NCBI GenBank assembly: GCA_030141605.1
Contig: JAQGDQ010000156.1
Coordinates: forward strand, 1-64,000
Length of the DNA: 64,000 bases
From: Tubiluchus corallicola
Lineage: Eukaryota > Animalia > Priapulida
Direction of reading: 5' to 3'
Shown here: piece by piece, positions 13,974 through 26,100 of the stretch
Layout of the letters: every line of letters starts with the position of its first letter
Position numbering within the stretch: the stretch's first letter is position 1
The notes under the pieces: generated by a model
What the model saw: only the letters and a program-made list of their open reading frames with translations
What the model was told of the DNA's origin: nothing
The model's database searches: none
Translations under genes and position numbers: made by a program

Positions 13974-16900
13974 CTAGATATCTTGCTAGGACAATGGAAT
14001 CATAAATTCAATTTCAAGTCAGAATCTTAATTTACAATATATGTATAAGCCGTACGGGCACCATTATAATTGTAGTATATACAAAAAAATCAATTTTGTG
14101 GGTTTTTTTGGCCAGTGGGTGGGCATCATGGAAAAAAGGATTGCGGAGAGTGGGGTGTGCTAAAAGTAACTTTACCCTAGGGGCTAGGGTGTGAAATATC
14201 TATAGTTATCTGACCAATATATAATAATTAATCTGTTCAAATCGGTAAGAATAATAATATGGCTACATTTAAGTGACACTGTTAATTTACTATTGCATGA
14301 ATACTACGCAGTAAAATACCCCAATTGCTTCTATTTTCGCATCTCAGGCTTATGATATTTTAAATAAAATGGATAAGAGTAAACGAATTTTAACAGACAT
14401 TTTAATAATGTCACGAGAAATTTCAACTGAGTAGGATATAACATAAACGAGAAATGCACTACTAGTGCTACAATACTTCGCCCATAATGAACAGCAAAAT
14501 AGCCAATAAAAATCATTAATAATTCCTTCTTCCATCAACAAAGGTGCTTTTCCTCTTCTGCTGTCCCGCTCCTTTTCTCTTTTTTTTAAAGAAAAAGGGC
14601 CTGTCTCTAATTTTCAATGTTACTTACACGTCGCTTGCAGCAAGAGTTGCAAAGTCTGCTTCATAACTTTTTAAGATACTCTTAATTTTAAAATGCTTTG
14701 TTCTAATTGTGACCATTTACGAATTTTGTGTTTTTTTTCCGTTTGCAAGTTTAGTTTAAAGTCTAATGTTTATTTATTTTAATAGGGTAAAATCCACATA
14801 AACTGGCGCTCTAGCGCTGCACAGAGAAAAATGCGTAAAACTAATACTAAAATAGCGATTTTAAACAGCTAAATAACACAAACTTCACGTCGAAAATTTA
14901 AAATGTATTAAATAAAATATTACAAAACTTATTCCTTCGTAAAATAGTTAATCAGTCCGTTAGAAAAAACAGTTCACTCCATATTAAAATGCCTTACGAT
15001 ACGTGAGCAACAAAGTAAAAATTTCCATATTTCAGTTGCAATTATATCAATAAAATTCAATTTGGTTATAGACAGACAAATTGTAATCAGCAACATGTTT
15101 GCATGAATAAATGTATATTTAAAAATGTCTGAATGTTTCAAAATTTTCACGAAACCGCCGCACTATTATAGCGGGGAAAATTCTACAAAGCTTTTAAGAT
15201 GTACGGCTGTGTGCACCTATTGCGGTGTAGGGCTATTTTAATGCGGCGTAAAAAAACAATATTATCACCACCATACTTACGCTTGCAAGCTTCGGCAGAA
15301 CTTTGCACAAGACTTGGTGTTGCGTTTTGTTCACTAAAAATAGTAATGACAATGACACTACATTGCGCGCGACATCTGACTTTTTATTAACCTGGTATTT
15401 ATTATTCTTCGCTGGTGGCACGATCTTTACGAACTTTCTAGAAACTAGTCTCCGATAAAAGGTTATTGAAATTTCCGAATTTCACTTTTACGTGTCACGT
15501 GACTTACGTTAGTTATGTCGCAGAAAGAGTGTCTATCATTCAATTGGTCAATTTTGCGAGAGAAGTACTGTTCTCAAATAGTAACATTGCAATCTTTTTA
15601 AGAGGTATAACCTAGTCTAAGGCATAAGATAAACGATTAATCTTGAGACCTCCAAAATAGGTAATGCAAATTGGTAAATATTTGGCAAATAGATGTAACT
15701 ACTCCATAACTGAATTTCTTGCCGGTTTCGAACAAAACTGTTCATTGTCAAGGCATTTAAAACAACGAAATTTACCAGAATTTAGAAACAACATCGAAAT
15801 GCAATTCAGTTGTTAGATAGCCCAAAGATATAACATTATATAGATAATATACATTATGCAGCATAGGTTCATACCAATCAAGATATGTAATCTGCAAGGT
15901 AAATTGTTAAATTATCTATCTATGTAATCTATGAGTACGGAAAGAAGTATACAAAATGTATATATAATATGTAAATATACAAAACACCAATAATACTTGA
16001 AAAGCGTTTCTGCTAGTTAAATAATAGATTAAAATCATAATTAACGGCGGGCGAGCCCAACTATTGATCACAAACGAACATAATTTTCAACAGCAAAAAT
16101 ATTCCACGAGCATGTTGCACGTGTTTGCGAAATAAGAAATGCAAGTATAGTATTACTGTAAGAGATTCAGTGTGTTTTAATAAAACTCGGGAAGTTTTAA
16201 GATAAAAATTCAAATTCTAAATTTTCCACTGTGCTCACGCATGAGCTGTCGAACGTGTGCAGTGCGTCAGAAACGAACACATCTGAACTGAAAGGTACAA
16301 CACCTGCATTTCTGTGCAACGCGTTTTCGAAACGCAGGCGCTAGTGCCCGTCTAACTAGAGAACGGCTAAATACATGTAACAGCGAAGAACTAGTGGCGC
16401 GAACATGAAATTGAATTTGTGCGGTAATAATACTTTCACGTAAGGCACTCGAGAAAAAATAGTATGTTTCCTTTCAATATTTTAAAGGGTAGATCGTATT
16501 TTACATGAGACAAAATAACTCCATGATTTACACCAATATCAGTAGCACTGAGGACTGAGGAGTTATTTTAATAACAAGCTAAATGCTAGCTAATAAGTGA
16601 TGTACACCTGCTAATAACTACCGCCTGCCTTCAACTACCTACTAACAAATTCAGAGGTGTCACTCACCTCTGAATTTACTTGTTCTCCGAAGTGGCATAC
16701 CCTCAAGGTAGGCAAAATATATTTAATAAACACTATAATACTTTTCAAATATTTCAAAGCCAGTGACATTTTTAACCTTGAGGATAAACGTGTAAGATAT
16801 TTATAACTTTCTTCTGTTCTTATCTTCCTGTTTAAACTCGTTGTAGCCTTTAACTTGAACTTTTCCCTAAAGGTTGTTCGCTGTATTATCGCACCACAGT

Positions 16901-17035
16901 TAAATTTACTGATTCTGATCATTCCTTCAGATTGTCAGGTGCCCAGGGGCTCATGAATTTAGGGGGCCCACAAGCCAAACGAAGGGAAAAACGAGGGCGT
17001 ACCTTGAGTAAGGCAAACAAAATAAAATGTTTATT

Positions 17036-17413
17036 TTACACTAATTAAACTCAAATGACATCACACACTAATAACAAAAAACACAAACAACTGCAAATAT
17101 GTGTACATTGTACAGTACACTAATTAAACTCAAATGACATCACACACTAATAACAAAAAACACAAACAACTGCAAATATGTGTACATTGTACAGTACACT
17201 AATTAAACTCAAATGACATCACACACTAATAACAAAAACACAAACAACTGCAAATATGTGTACATTGTACAGTACACTAATTAAACTCAAATGACATCAC
17301 ACACAAATAACAAAAAACACAAACAACTGCAAATATGTGTACATTGTACAGTACACTAATAAAACTCAAATGACATCACACACTAATAACAAAAAACACA
17401 AACAACTGCAAAT
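17036..17413. repeat. 79-bp tandem repeat, about 4.7 copies
   Basis: Unit ctaattaaactcaaatgacatcacacactaataac...tgtacattgtacagtaca recurs at 17041, 17120 and onwards. Confidence 0.95.
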
Positions 17414-17939
17414 CACACAATGTACAACGACGCACACACGAAAAATATTACCACCAAAGAAAAAGGGTCGTCAGGTGAGTCACCGGGAAAGAGTCAGATT
17501 TCGGTCCCTACTCACTATCTTCAAACTCTCACGCTGGGGACCCAGTCACATTGACTGACCGACATTAGATGTTAAAGTGATAACTACAGATAGAACGCAT
17601 AATACCATAATACACATAATACGCGACTTTAAGTAATTTCAAATATTCATAAGTATACTTAGTTAAAAATTCTATAGTTCTGTATCGCTGACTTGCTAGT
17701 GTCCAGAAAGTAAGTTTGTGGAATTTTCATTTCTATCCAGCAATATACTATTTGAATGAAATTTCAGGCAAACACTAACATTTACCGGACGAAGTACATT
17801 TCACTTGTAAATTATAACAATTATGTGCAAACATAGCGAAATTTTATTGAATCGATTGATAGGTATGAGTTATTAATTTCTGTTCTGCATGTCAGTGTGC
17901 AAATCTAGCAGCTCTCTATCGGGCACCCCTTCTGCGTTT

Positions 17940-19120
17940 GTAGCACTGCCACTACTGTCAGGTTCTAATGCTGCCACGACTGTCGGGTTCTAGCGCTGCC
18001 ACGACTGTCGGGTTCTAACGCTGCCACGACTGTCAGGTTCTAGCGCTGCCACGACTGTCAGGTTCTAACGCTGCCACGACTGTCGGGTTCTAGCGCTGCC
18101 ACGACTGTCAGGTTGTAGCGCTGCCACGACTGTCAGGTTCTAACGCTGCCACGACTGTCAGGTTCTAACGCTGCCACGACTGTCGGGTTCTAGCGCTGCC
18201 ACGACTGTCGGGTTCTAGCGCTGCCACGACTGTCAGGTTGTAGCGCTGCCACGACTGTCAGGTTCTAACGCTGCCACGACTGTCGGGTTCTAGCGCTGCC
18301 ACGACTGTCGGGTTCTAACGCTGCCACGACTGTCAGGTTCTAGCGCTGCCACGACTGTCAGGTTCTAGCGCTGCCACGACTGTCAGGTTCTAACGCTGCC
18401 ACAACTGTCGGGTTCTAGCGCTGCCACGACTGTCGGGTTCTAGCGCTGCCACGACTGTCGGGTTCTAGCGCTGCCAAGACTGTCAGGTTCTAACACTGCC
18501 ACGACTGTCGGGTTCTAGCGCTGCCACGACTGTCGGGTTCTAGCGCTGCCACGACTGTCAGGTTCTAACACTGCCACGACTTTCGGGTTCTAGCGCTGCC
18601 ACGACTGTCGGGTTCTAGCGCTGCCACGACTGTCAGGTTGTAGCGCTGCCACGACTGTCGGGTTCTAGCGCTGCCACGACTGTCAGGTTCTAACACTGCC
18701 ACGACTGTCGGGTTCTAGCGCTGCCACGACTGTCGGGTTCTAGCGCTGCCACGACTGTCAGGTTGTAGCGCTGCCACGACTGTCGGGTTCTAACGCTGCC
18801 ACGACTGTCAGGTTTTAGCGCTGCCACGACTGTCGGGTTCTAGCGCTGCCACGACTGTCGGGTTCTAGCGCTGCCACGACTGTCGGGTTCTAGCGCTGCC
18901 ACGACTGTCAGGTTGTAGCGCTGCCACGACTGTCAGGTTCTAACGCTGCCACGACTGTCAGGTTCTAGCGCTGCCACGACTGTCGGGTTCTAGCGCTGCC
19001 ACGACTGTCGGGTTCTAGCGCTGCCACGACTGTCGGGTTCTAGCGCTGCCACGACTGTCAGGTTCTAGCGCTGCCACGACTGTCAGGTTCTAGCGCTGCC
19101 ACGACTGTCAGGTTCTAGCG
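17940..19120. repeat. 26-bp GC-rich minisatellite TAGCGCTGCCACGACTGTC(A/G)GGTTC, about 45 copies
   Basis: Direct reading; variants differ at 2-3 positions. Confidence 0.97.
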
Positions 19121-19599
19121 GAAAAAGAATGAAATTATTGCTGTTCCTTTGCCTTTGAATTACTGGAAATAAAATCGTTATATTTGTACAAAAGCTATCT
19201 TACTAGAGCCAGTCTCAGGCTCAAATATGTAGTAAGGATTTTATCTGAAATGTTTTTGTGAGTTACAATAGTAATATAAAGGCAATCATAATTATCATTG
19301 CAAAATGTTCAAAAATTTCAGAACAAAATTCATAACTTCTAACATAGTTTTCATGAAATTTACCTATATGCAATTTACATTTATTACTGTACATGTTTTA
19401 AGCCAGAATTAAAGGGAATATAGTTTTTCCCACAAATAAATGCACTGTAGGAAAGGGGCATAGTTTGTCCCCGCTAGGAATGTTATAAGATTTCCCAAAA
19501 TGATATACTGAAATTTGTTATTGTTGTGAAGTGTACTAATGTCGTACAAAATATCGTGTACTAATGACGTGTAGTGTATATTAGTCTTGTGTACTAGTC

Positions 19600-19800
19600 A
19601 GCTTTGTTTAATTTTAAATTAATGCCGTGTCCGTCTGTGTAATATTATCAGTCAGCCTTTTATTTACGTAACTTTATATCTGTGATATGTCTTACTATAT
19701 TCAAATTTTATTTACGTGCAGAACAACTCCCTGCAAACAGAGAGACACCTGTTTGTTTATATTTGTTTTTTAAATAAAGAATTATAATAATAATAATAAC
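19600..19800 (+). mobile_element. LINE 3' end remnant related to the element at 566-2860
   Basis: ccctgcaaacagagag...aataaagaattataataataataa resembles ccctgcaaatagaggg...aataaaagacttataataataataa at 2799-2860. Confidence 0.5.
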
Positions 19801-20122
19801 GATGATGACGACGATGACGATGACGACGACGACGACGACGACGACGATGATGATAACATGTTAAACATCAGTTCTAAGTTAATTAGCAATTTACTATATA
19901 TCGTTTATATATTTCGATATATATATTTATTTTCGGATATATATAATCTTTTTATATATTTAGTGATTATAACGAATTATACATACATATTTTCTTTTAT
20001 ATATCCGCGATTTTCGATATACCTTATCGAAAATCGTATATATATTATATTATATATACACACATATATATATATGTGTGTGTGTATATAATATGTATAT
20101 TTCTATATATATATAGGAATAT

Positions 20123-20284
<162 letters not shown>

Positions 20285-20613
20285 TATGTATATGTATATA
20301 CTTTTTGTGCACTTTTTGTATATACACACATATATATATATATACATGCGTGTGTGTGTACTTGTAATTATGTTAAAACTTTGCCTGCAACTAGAAGCCC
20401 ATTTATGCGAAATACTTATTTTATATTAAAATAAAAAACATTAATCATCATCATTAGTATGCGAGGTAACATTGATTGGAAGTTTGCTTTTCTAATTTCA
20501 AAGCATTTATATGCATGGCTTCCTTTTCAATACTTCACATTGAAACACCAATACCAATTACCATTACCAATATTAAACTTCGTGCTGCAAATACATGCAA
20601 TGTAATAACCATA

Positions 20614-21101
20614 TTATTTATTAAATGGATATTCCTGTCCATGTGTCCTTCTTTGGTTACGCAGTCGTCTGCGATGCTTGTGAACTTCATCGTTTAAATA
20701 CTTAATATTGGAAAGTTCTTCGACTCTGCCTGGAGTACTGCGACCAATCATGTTGATTGAGAAATGAGAACTAGGCCTCTGTTCTTGTGGCCAAGGCTGC
20801 TGATGCTGCCGATGCTGCTGATCCTGCTGATGCTGCTGATGCTGCTGATGCTGCTGATCCTGCCGATGCTGCTGATGCTGCTGATGCGGCTGATGGACGG
20901 TTTCGTCCGGTAATAGAGGCCTCGGTTCTTGTGGCCAAGGCTGCTGATGCTGCTGATGCTGCTGATCCTGCCGATGCTGCTGATGCTGCTGATGCTGCTG
21001 ATGCGGCTGATACGGCTGATGCGGCTGATGCCGTTGATGCTGCTGATGCTGCTGATGCGGCTGATAGATGGTTTCGTCCGGTAATGGGCAATAACATTTA
21101 C
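20614..21101 (-). CDS. Collagen-like gene B, terminal coding exon with His/Gln-rich repeats
   Basis: tttttag acceptor, phase 1. Encodes GKCYCPLPDETIYQPHQQHQQHQ...(block duplicated)...STPGRVEELSNIKYLNDEVHKHRRRLRNQRRTHGQEYPFNK*. Confidence 0.85.
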
Positions 21102-22176
21102 CTAAAAACACAAAATCAGTAATTTGCTAAAATGGTTTACTTAAAAAGTCCAGCCTGCCCTGTGAGACAAAGGAAAAAATAAGCGGGCTCTTCGGTTTAC
21201 GGTTTAGTTGCCTAACATCTTTCTACATTTCAGTACTTTTTTCACAGTCTGCAAGTGACTGTAGAATTTTTGCTGGGTGGGTGAGGTGAAGTAGCAACGC
21301 ACGTTGGCATGATGGGGTAGTTTTGAAAATTAGACTCCCCGGAAAACAATTAATCAAAACTTTTCTTTCTGGTGTTTCCCTTTGGCTCCATTTTTACGAT
21401 GCAATGAGTTAGCATACGCAGGTTCATCAAATTTGATGCCTTTGCACCTTTGAAAATGGCTTCTAGACCATTTTACGCCTCGGGAGATTTTAGAAAATAT
21501 AAATATCACTCCGGATATCCAACCAATTCTAACCAACTCTCGAGTTTGCCTACACTGCAAATCTAGTCTATAATAGCAGGGGACTTAGTCTCGACTTTAA
21601 AGTTTATCATTTCCTTTTACTGAATTTTGAGCTAAAATCTTGTCATATTATTTGACTTTGTTATCCAACATCTAAGTGTTCGCCAAATTTTGTTAGTTTT
21701 CTACTTTGAAACCTACTGCGGTTTCTCTGGATAGATTTTTCCATGTTGCTCTGTAGTTGTAGGTTATCAGTTGACGGTGGAATGTCTTGACATGTCAAAA
21801 CATCTTGAAAAGCACATGTTGTTCAACAAATTCGTTCCCCGTCAAAAATAATTTTTGTATAAAATTGGTTAAAAGTTGAACTCACAGCTTTCTGTTCGTC
21901 GCTGACTATCAAAAATAGCTTGAAATAAAAATTTTAACAGTTTGGAAAATAAGAATTCACTGAATTTTTACTTATAAGAGATTCTTATAATTTTTCTGAT
22001 AAGAAACATAAATACATTGATTTGCTGCCATGTGAACTATGGCTACTATGTGACTTAATATTACTGATACTACTATGTTTGTTAATATAACATTTATTAC
22101 ACTATTATTGCTGTAACACAATGTCGTCTTCTTTAATTATGTTCATAAACACTAAACATGAACGCATACTACTTAC

Positions 22177-22680
22177 CAGGTGGGCCTGGTAATCCACGTG
22201 GACCACGTAAACCAGGGCGACCGTTAGAACCAGGATCTCCACTAGAGCCTGAAGGACCACCCGGACCTGATGGTCCTGGAGAACCAATACCTGAAGGCCC
22301 GGAAGGACCAGGAGGACCACTTGGACCAGATGGTCCTACTGGACCAGGTGGACCCGATTGGCCAGATGGCCCAGATGGACCAGTTGCACCAACTTGGCCT
22401 GAGGGGCCAGATGGACCTGAAGGTCCCGATGGACCTGTTGCACCAGATGGCCCTGATGGACCAGACGGCCCTGTTAGACCAGATGGACCGGAAGAGCCAG
22501 TTGCACCAACTGGGCCTGAAGGACCAGAAGGACCAGTAGGCCCTGATGGACCTGTTGCACCAGAAGGACCTGATGGGCCTGAAGGACCAGGATCGCCGGG
22601 AAGGCCAGAAGGACCGGAAGGACCAGAAGGACCAGGCGGACCACTAGGACCAGACGGACAAGGATGACAGTCTTCCTCCT
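22177..22680 (-). CDS. Collagen-like gene B, triple-helix exon (about 54 Gly-X-Y triplets)
   Basis: tattttgcag acceptor at 22681 and gtaagt donor at 22176; 504 nt, phase 1-1. Encodes EEDCHPCPS-(GPS)[13 protein letters not shown]; the flanking intron sequence resembles that of gene A. Confidence 0.92.
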
Positions 22681-23029
22681 CTGCAAAATAAAACAATTGC
22701 TTGTAAAGTAGTTATTGCACTAATCATTGTAATATAACAGCTTTTCTCGCGATATCTATAATAATTCTTGAACGAAACAGAAAAGAGTTTAATTTAGCCT
22801 CAAATAATTTTTGATTATGGCCTTCTCTGTAGCATCTAATAAGTTCTTGCACAAAAATTATGACTAAGAAAATGTGTAAAATGTGTTTAAGTTGCCAAAA
22901 CTTCCTGCATTCCTTTTTGTGCAGGCACTGTTGACTAGGTTTCGTTAAACAATAAAATCTAGCTTTATGGATTAAAAACTGCGCTACCCGTCGCTCTAAC
23001 AAACACACATAGTCAGTTATCAATAAAAC

Positions 23030-23064
23030 CTTCATCATTATGATCATCATAGTTATCATCATCA

Positions 23065-23103
<39 letters not shown>

Positions 23104-23190
23104 GCATCATTGTCATCGTCGTCATCAACACCACCATCACAATTCGACATCATCATCATCCGACATCACCGTCGTCATTATCATCATCGT
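23030..23190. repeat. (ATC/GTC)n trinucleotide tract
   Basis: Direct reading. Confidence 0.9.
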
Positions 23191-23439
23191 TGCTTAATTT
23201 GCCTTTATATTGGACTGCTGTCCGCTTTTAACGGAGTCAGGACGGATGGCACCGCGGCCCACACCGTGCGGCATGTCTCAATTTAGTCGTTCAACGCCTT
23301 AGCCAAAACAGAGCCCGAATAATAGAGTCGAAATGACAATTTATTACTAAATATTACACCCCCAATAAGGAACAAACAGCTTACCTAGAAGAACGGAGTT
23401 TGCGGCAAAGCCTGTGAAATGTGAACAGAGCTGCAATGA

Positions 23440-23490
23440 AAGACACGACCACTGACATGGGTCTACAGCAGACCTTCCCTTTTTATAAGC
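23440..23490 (-). promoter_or_regulatory. Candidate TATA box (TATAAAAAGG) and TCAGT initiator-like motif upstream of collagen gene B
   Basis: Minus strand reads cttataaaaagggaagg...cccatgtcagt, followed by an ag|gtaagc donor at 23384. It may be LTR-derived. Confidence 0.4.
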
Positions 23491-25299
23491 TCAGGTCTGC
23501 ACGTGACTAGTGGCTTTTACTAACACAAGGTCAGAATACGAGTCTGTGCTAGATAAAGTCACGTTCACACGCACACCTGAGAAGTCTACTGTATTCCCCT
23601 GCCAGCATTACATTTCATTTCACCACAGCCCTGTAGTACAATACGTTCTGTTTGTAAATTAGATTAGTTCCTTTTTACGACATTCTTTCTCCCTTGCTTG
23701 CAATTTTGCTTCTCCAAAATTATGTTTTAACGGGTTAAAGTTTCCTCGCTTTTCTATTTGATACTTATGAGTTCTTCATAAGTATCTGCTTTTCTTTTTA
23801 TTGAGCTTCGTAATTAACTTTTTGTATTTTTTACATATTTGCTTTACGTGTATTAAACCCAATGTTTGTATGGCTTTGCGTGTCTTTCTTAATTTTGTCT
23901 TCATGTGTTCATACTATCAAGTGAAAGGCAAAGCTTTCAGGGCATTTCGTGAAAAACATTAGAAAGATTTGGTAAAAAAGTGTGAGAAGCGTCTCGTGTA
24001 ATTCGTGAAATCACTTTAAAGTCGCGATCATTTCACGCTTAGGTGCTCACATTTTAAACACTCATTTTTCCACCAATGACGTCACCCATCGAATGACGAA
24101 AAGCAGCGTATAGTTAATTCCTGTCAAACGTATATCCTATCAACCATTACCTTACCTCATCTTACCTTACCTTTCCGAATAAATAGTTTATCTTTTTTAT
24201 CTTATCTTACCTTACCTCACCTAACCTTATCGTTAGCAGCAGCAAATAGGCAACCCCGTATTTCATTTCTTGGTCTTTTGGAGGAAGACGTGTAACTTTA
24301 ATACAGAGATGTGCTTTTTTTACAGAGTGCTGAAGAAGCCAAAGCGTTGCCATGTTTTAAGCTTAAGGGAACGAGCTTACAAAAATTTGTTTTACATTTT
24401 TGTACCTATGTAGTATATGAGACGTATTGCGCTGTTGTTTGTCGTGTATTAGAAGCGTTAGAACTTACGTATTCACTATGTCATTTTACACCCATTTCAC
24501 TAGCATAGCGGTTATCATCAAGCGGAACGGAATGCTTTTACTATCACTTGCTGACTTATTGAAGGAAAAGACATGAATTGCGTGATATATGCGCCCTTTC
24601 ATTTTGTTTTATTAAATAGTAAGCATATTTTCCACAATTCATTTCGTTTTATTAAATAGTAAACATATTTTCCACAATTACAGTCTAATTGGATATCTGT
24701 ATCACTGAATGAGTGTATACTGTTAGCTAATTTAATCAACCAACACAGAATAGCTAAATTATATTGGGAGAGTTTGCACTTTGCTAACTACAGCTAGGTG
24801 ATTATAGCGTTGAATATGACATTCTGAGAATTGTTTCAAAAGTTTGTCTAGGTTTCATGCTATAATAATTATGTTTGAAAGTTAAACAGCTGCAAACATA
24901 CTTATTATAGTTGCAAACATAATTGTTATAGCATGAAAGCTAGACAAATTTGTGAAACAATTCCAAAAGTGTCGAATTTAATACTAAAATAGCATTAGTT
25001 TGCTGGATATGATTAAAGGCTCCATCTGTGAGACATTCAAAGTACTGTAAGACTGTTTTAGTGAAAAAGAACTTGATTCAGACCAAACACTGATATTCAC
25101 TATCCATATCAGTTGCGAATTAATTCAATATATTTATCTGTACAGCAAGAACGAAACCACACATTTTTTAGTATTCTTGGAATAAAGAATGTGAGTTACT
25201 GAATAGCACCCAACAAACTTATTAGCAATTTCGATTTTACTGAACATTTCGACGGTAAGCCAGTAAATGAAAATAGTTACAACATTCTCAAACTAAATC

Positions 25300-26100
25300 A
25301 CCACATAACAAATCTCAATTCATAACCTGTATATTACAGCTTAAACTATAGTTAAAACAGCACAACTTTTATTAAAAACTTTAATTTACAATTGTTAATG
25401 AATTACGCTGTAGTTAGATCATCATAAATGCGTCTTAATTCTAGGGGTTCCAATTTAAGTATTGATAATCCATTTGGGTATGACGTGGAGTTTAACTCAC
25501 ATCTAGCAAAGAGTCTGCATGTAAAATATCCTTGTACATTTTCCACAAGATCTATATTCTTTAGAAGGAACGGACTCCAATATTCGACTGGAGTGCAATA
25601 TTCGATTAATGGGCATACATATGTTTTTTGGCTGTAAGCAGTGCATGCTTATCAGATGTAACAAAGCACGGAAAATCATATTGCTTACACGATTTGCCAT
25701 AGTACAAATATTAAGACAATTAGCAGAAAATTTTAGATTTCTGCTAACTGTGATTCCGAATTTTATAGTTATGGACAGGGTTTTTGTATCCTACATGTAG
25801 AACAGAGCATTTATTTACTGAAATCGGAAGCTGCAAGTTATTAAACCACTCAGAAATACAATTCACAGCATGCTGAATATTATCATTTTCAGTGTCAGCA
25901 CAGTGATATAATTTTACATCATCTGCATATAGTTTACAATAAGTACTACCAAGGCATCAGGCAGATCATTTACAAATAATATAAACAGTAGGGGACTCAG
26001 GAGGCTGCCCTGAGCTACTCCTGAAGTTACTTGTACGTAATTAGAAGAACTATTGCCGAAAACAACTTTTTGTAAGCGCCCTGTTAAAAAGCTTTTAATG
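25300..26100 (-). mobile_element. Decayed CR1/L2-like LINE RT fragment
   Basis: Minus-strand translation TSGVAQGSLLSPLLFILFVNDLPD...KLYADDVK, with frameshifts downstream. Confidence 0.85.

Noticed and set aside
17940-19120. CRISPR-like 26-bp array
   Set aside because: A pure tandem minisatellite with no spacers.
20771-21122. Ala-rich ASA/ADA ORFs resembling antifreeze or silk proteins
   Set aside because: Alternative frames of the QHQ exon. Only the QHQ frame fits the splice phase and reaches the motif conserved with paralogue A.
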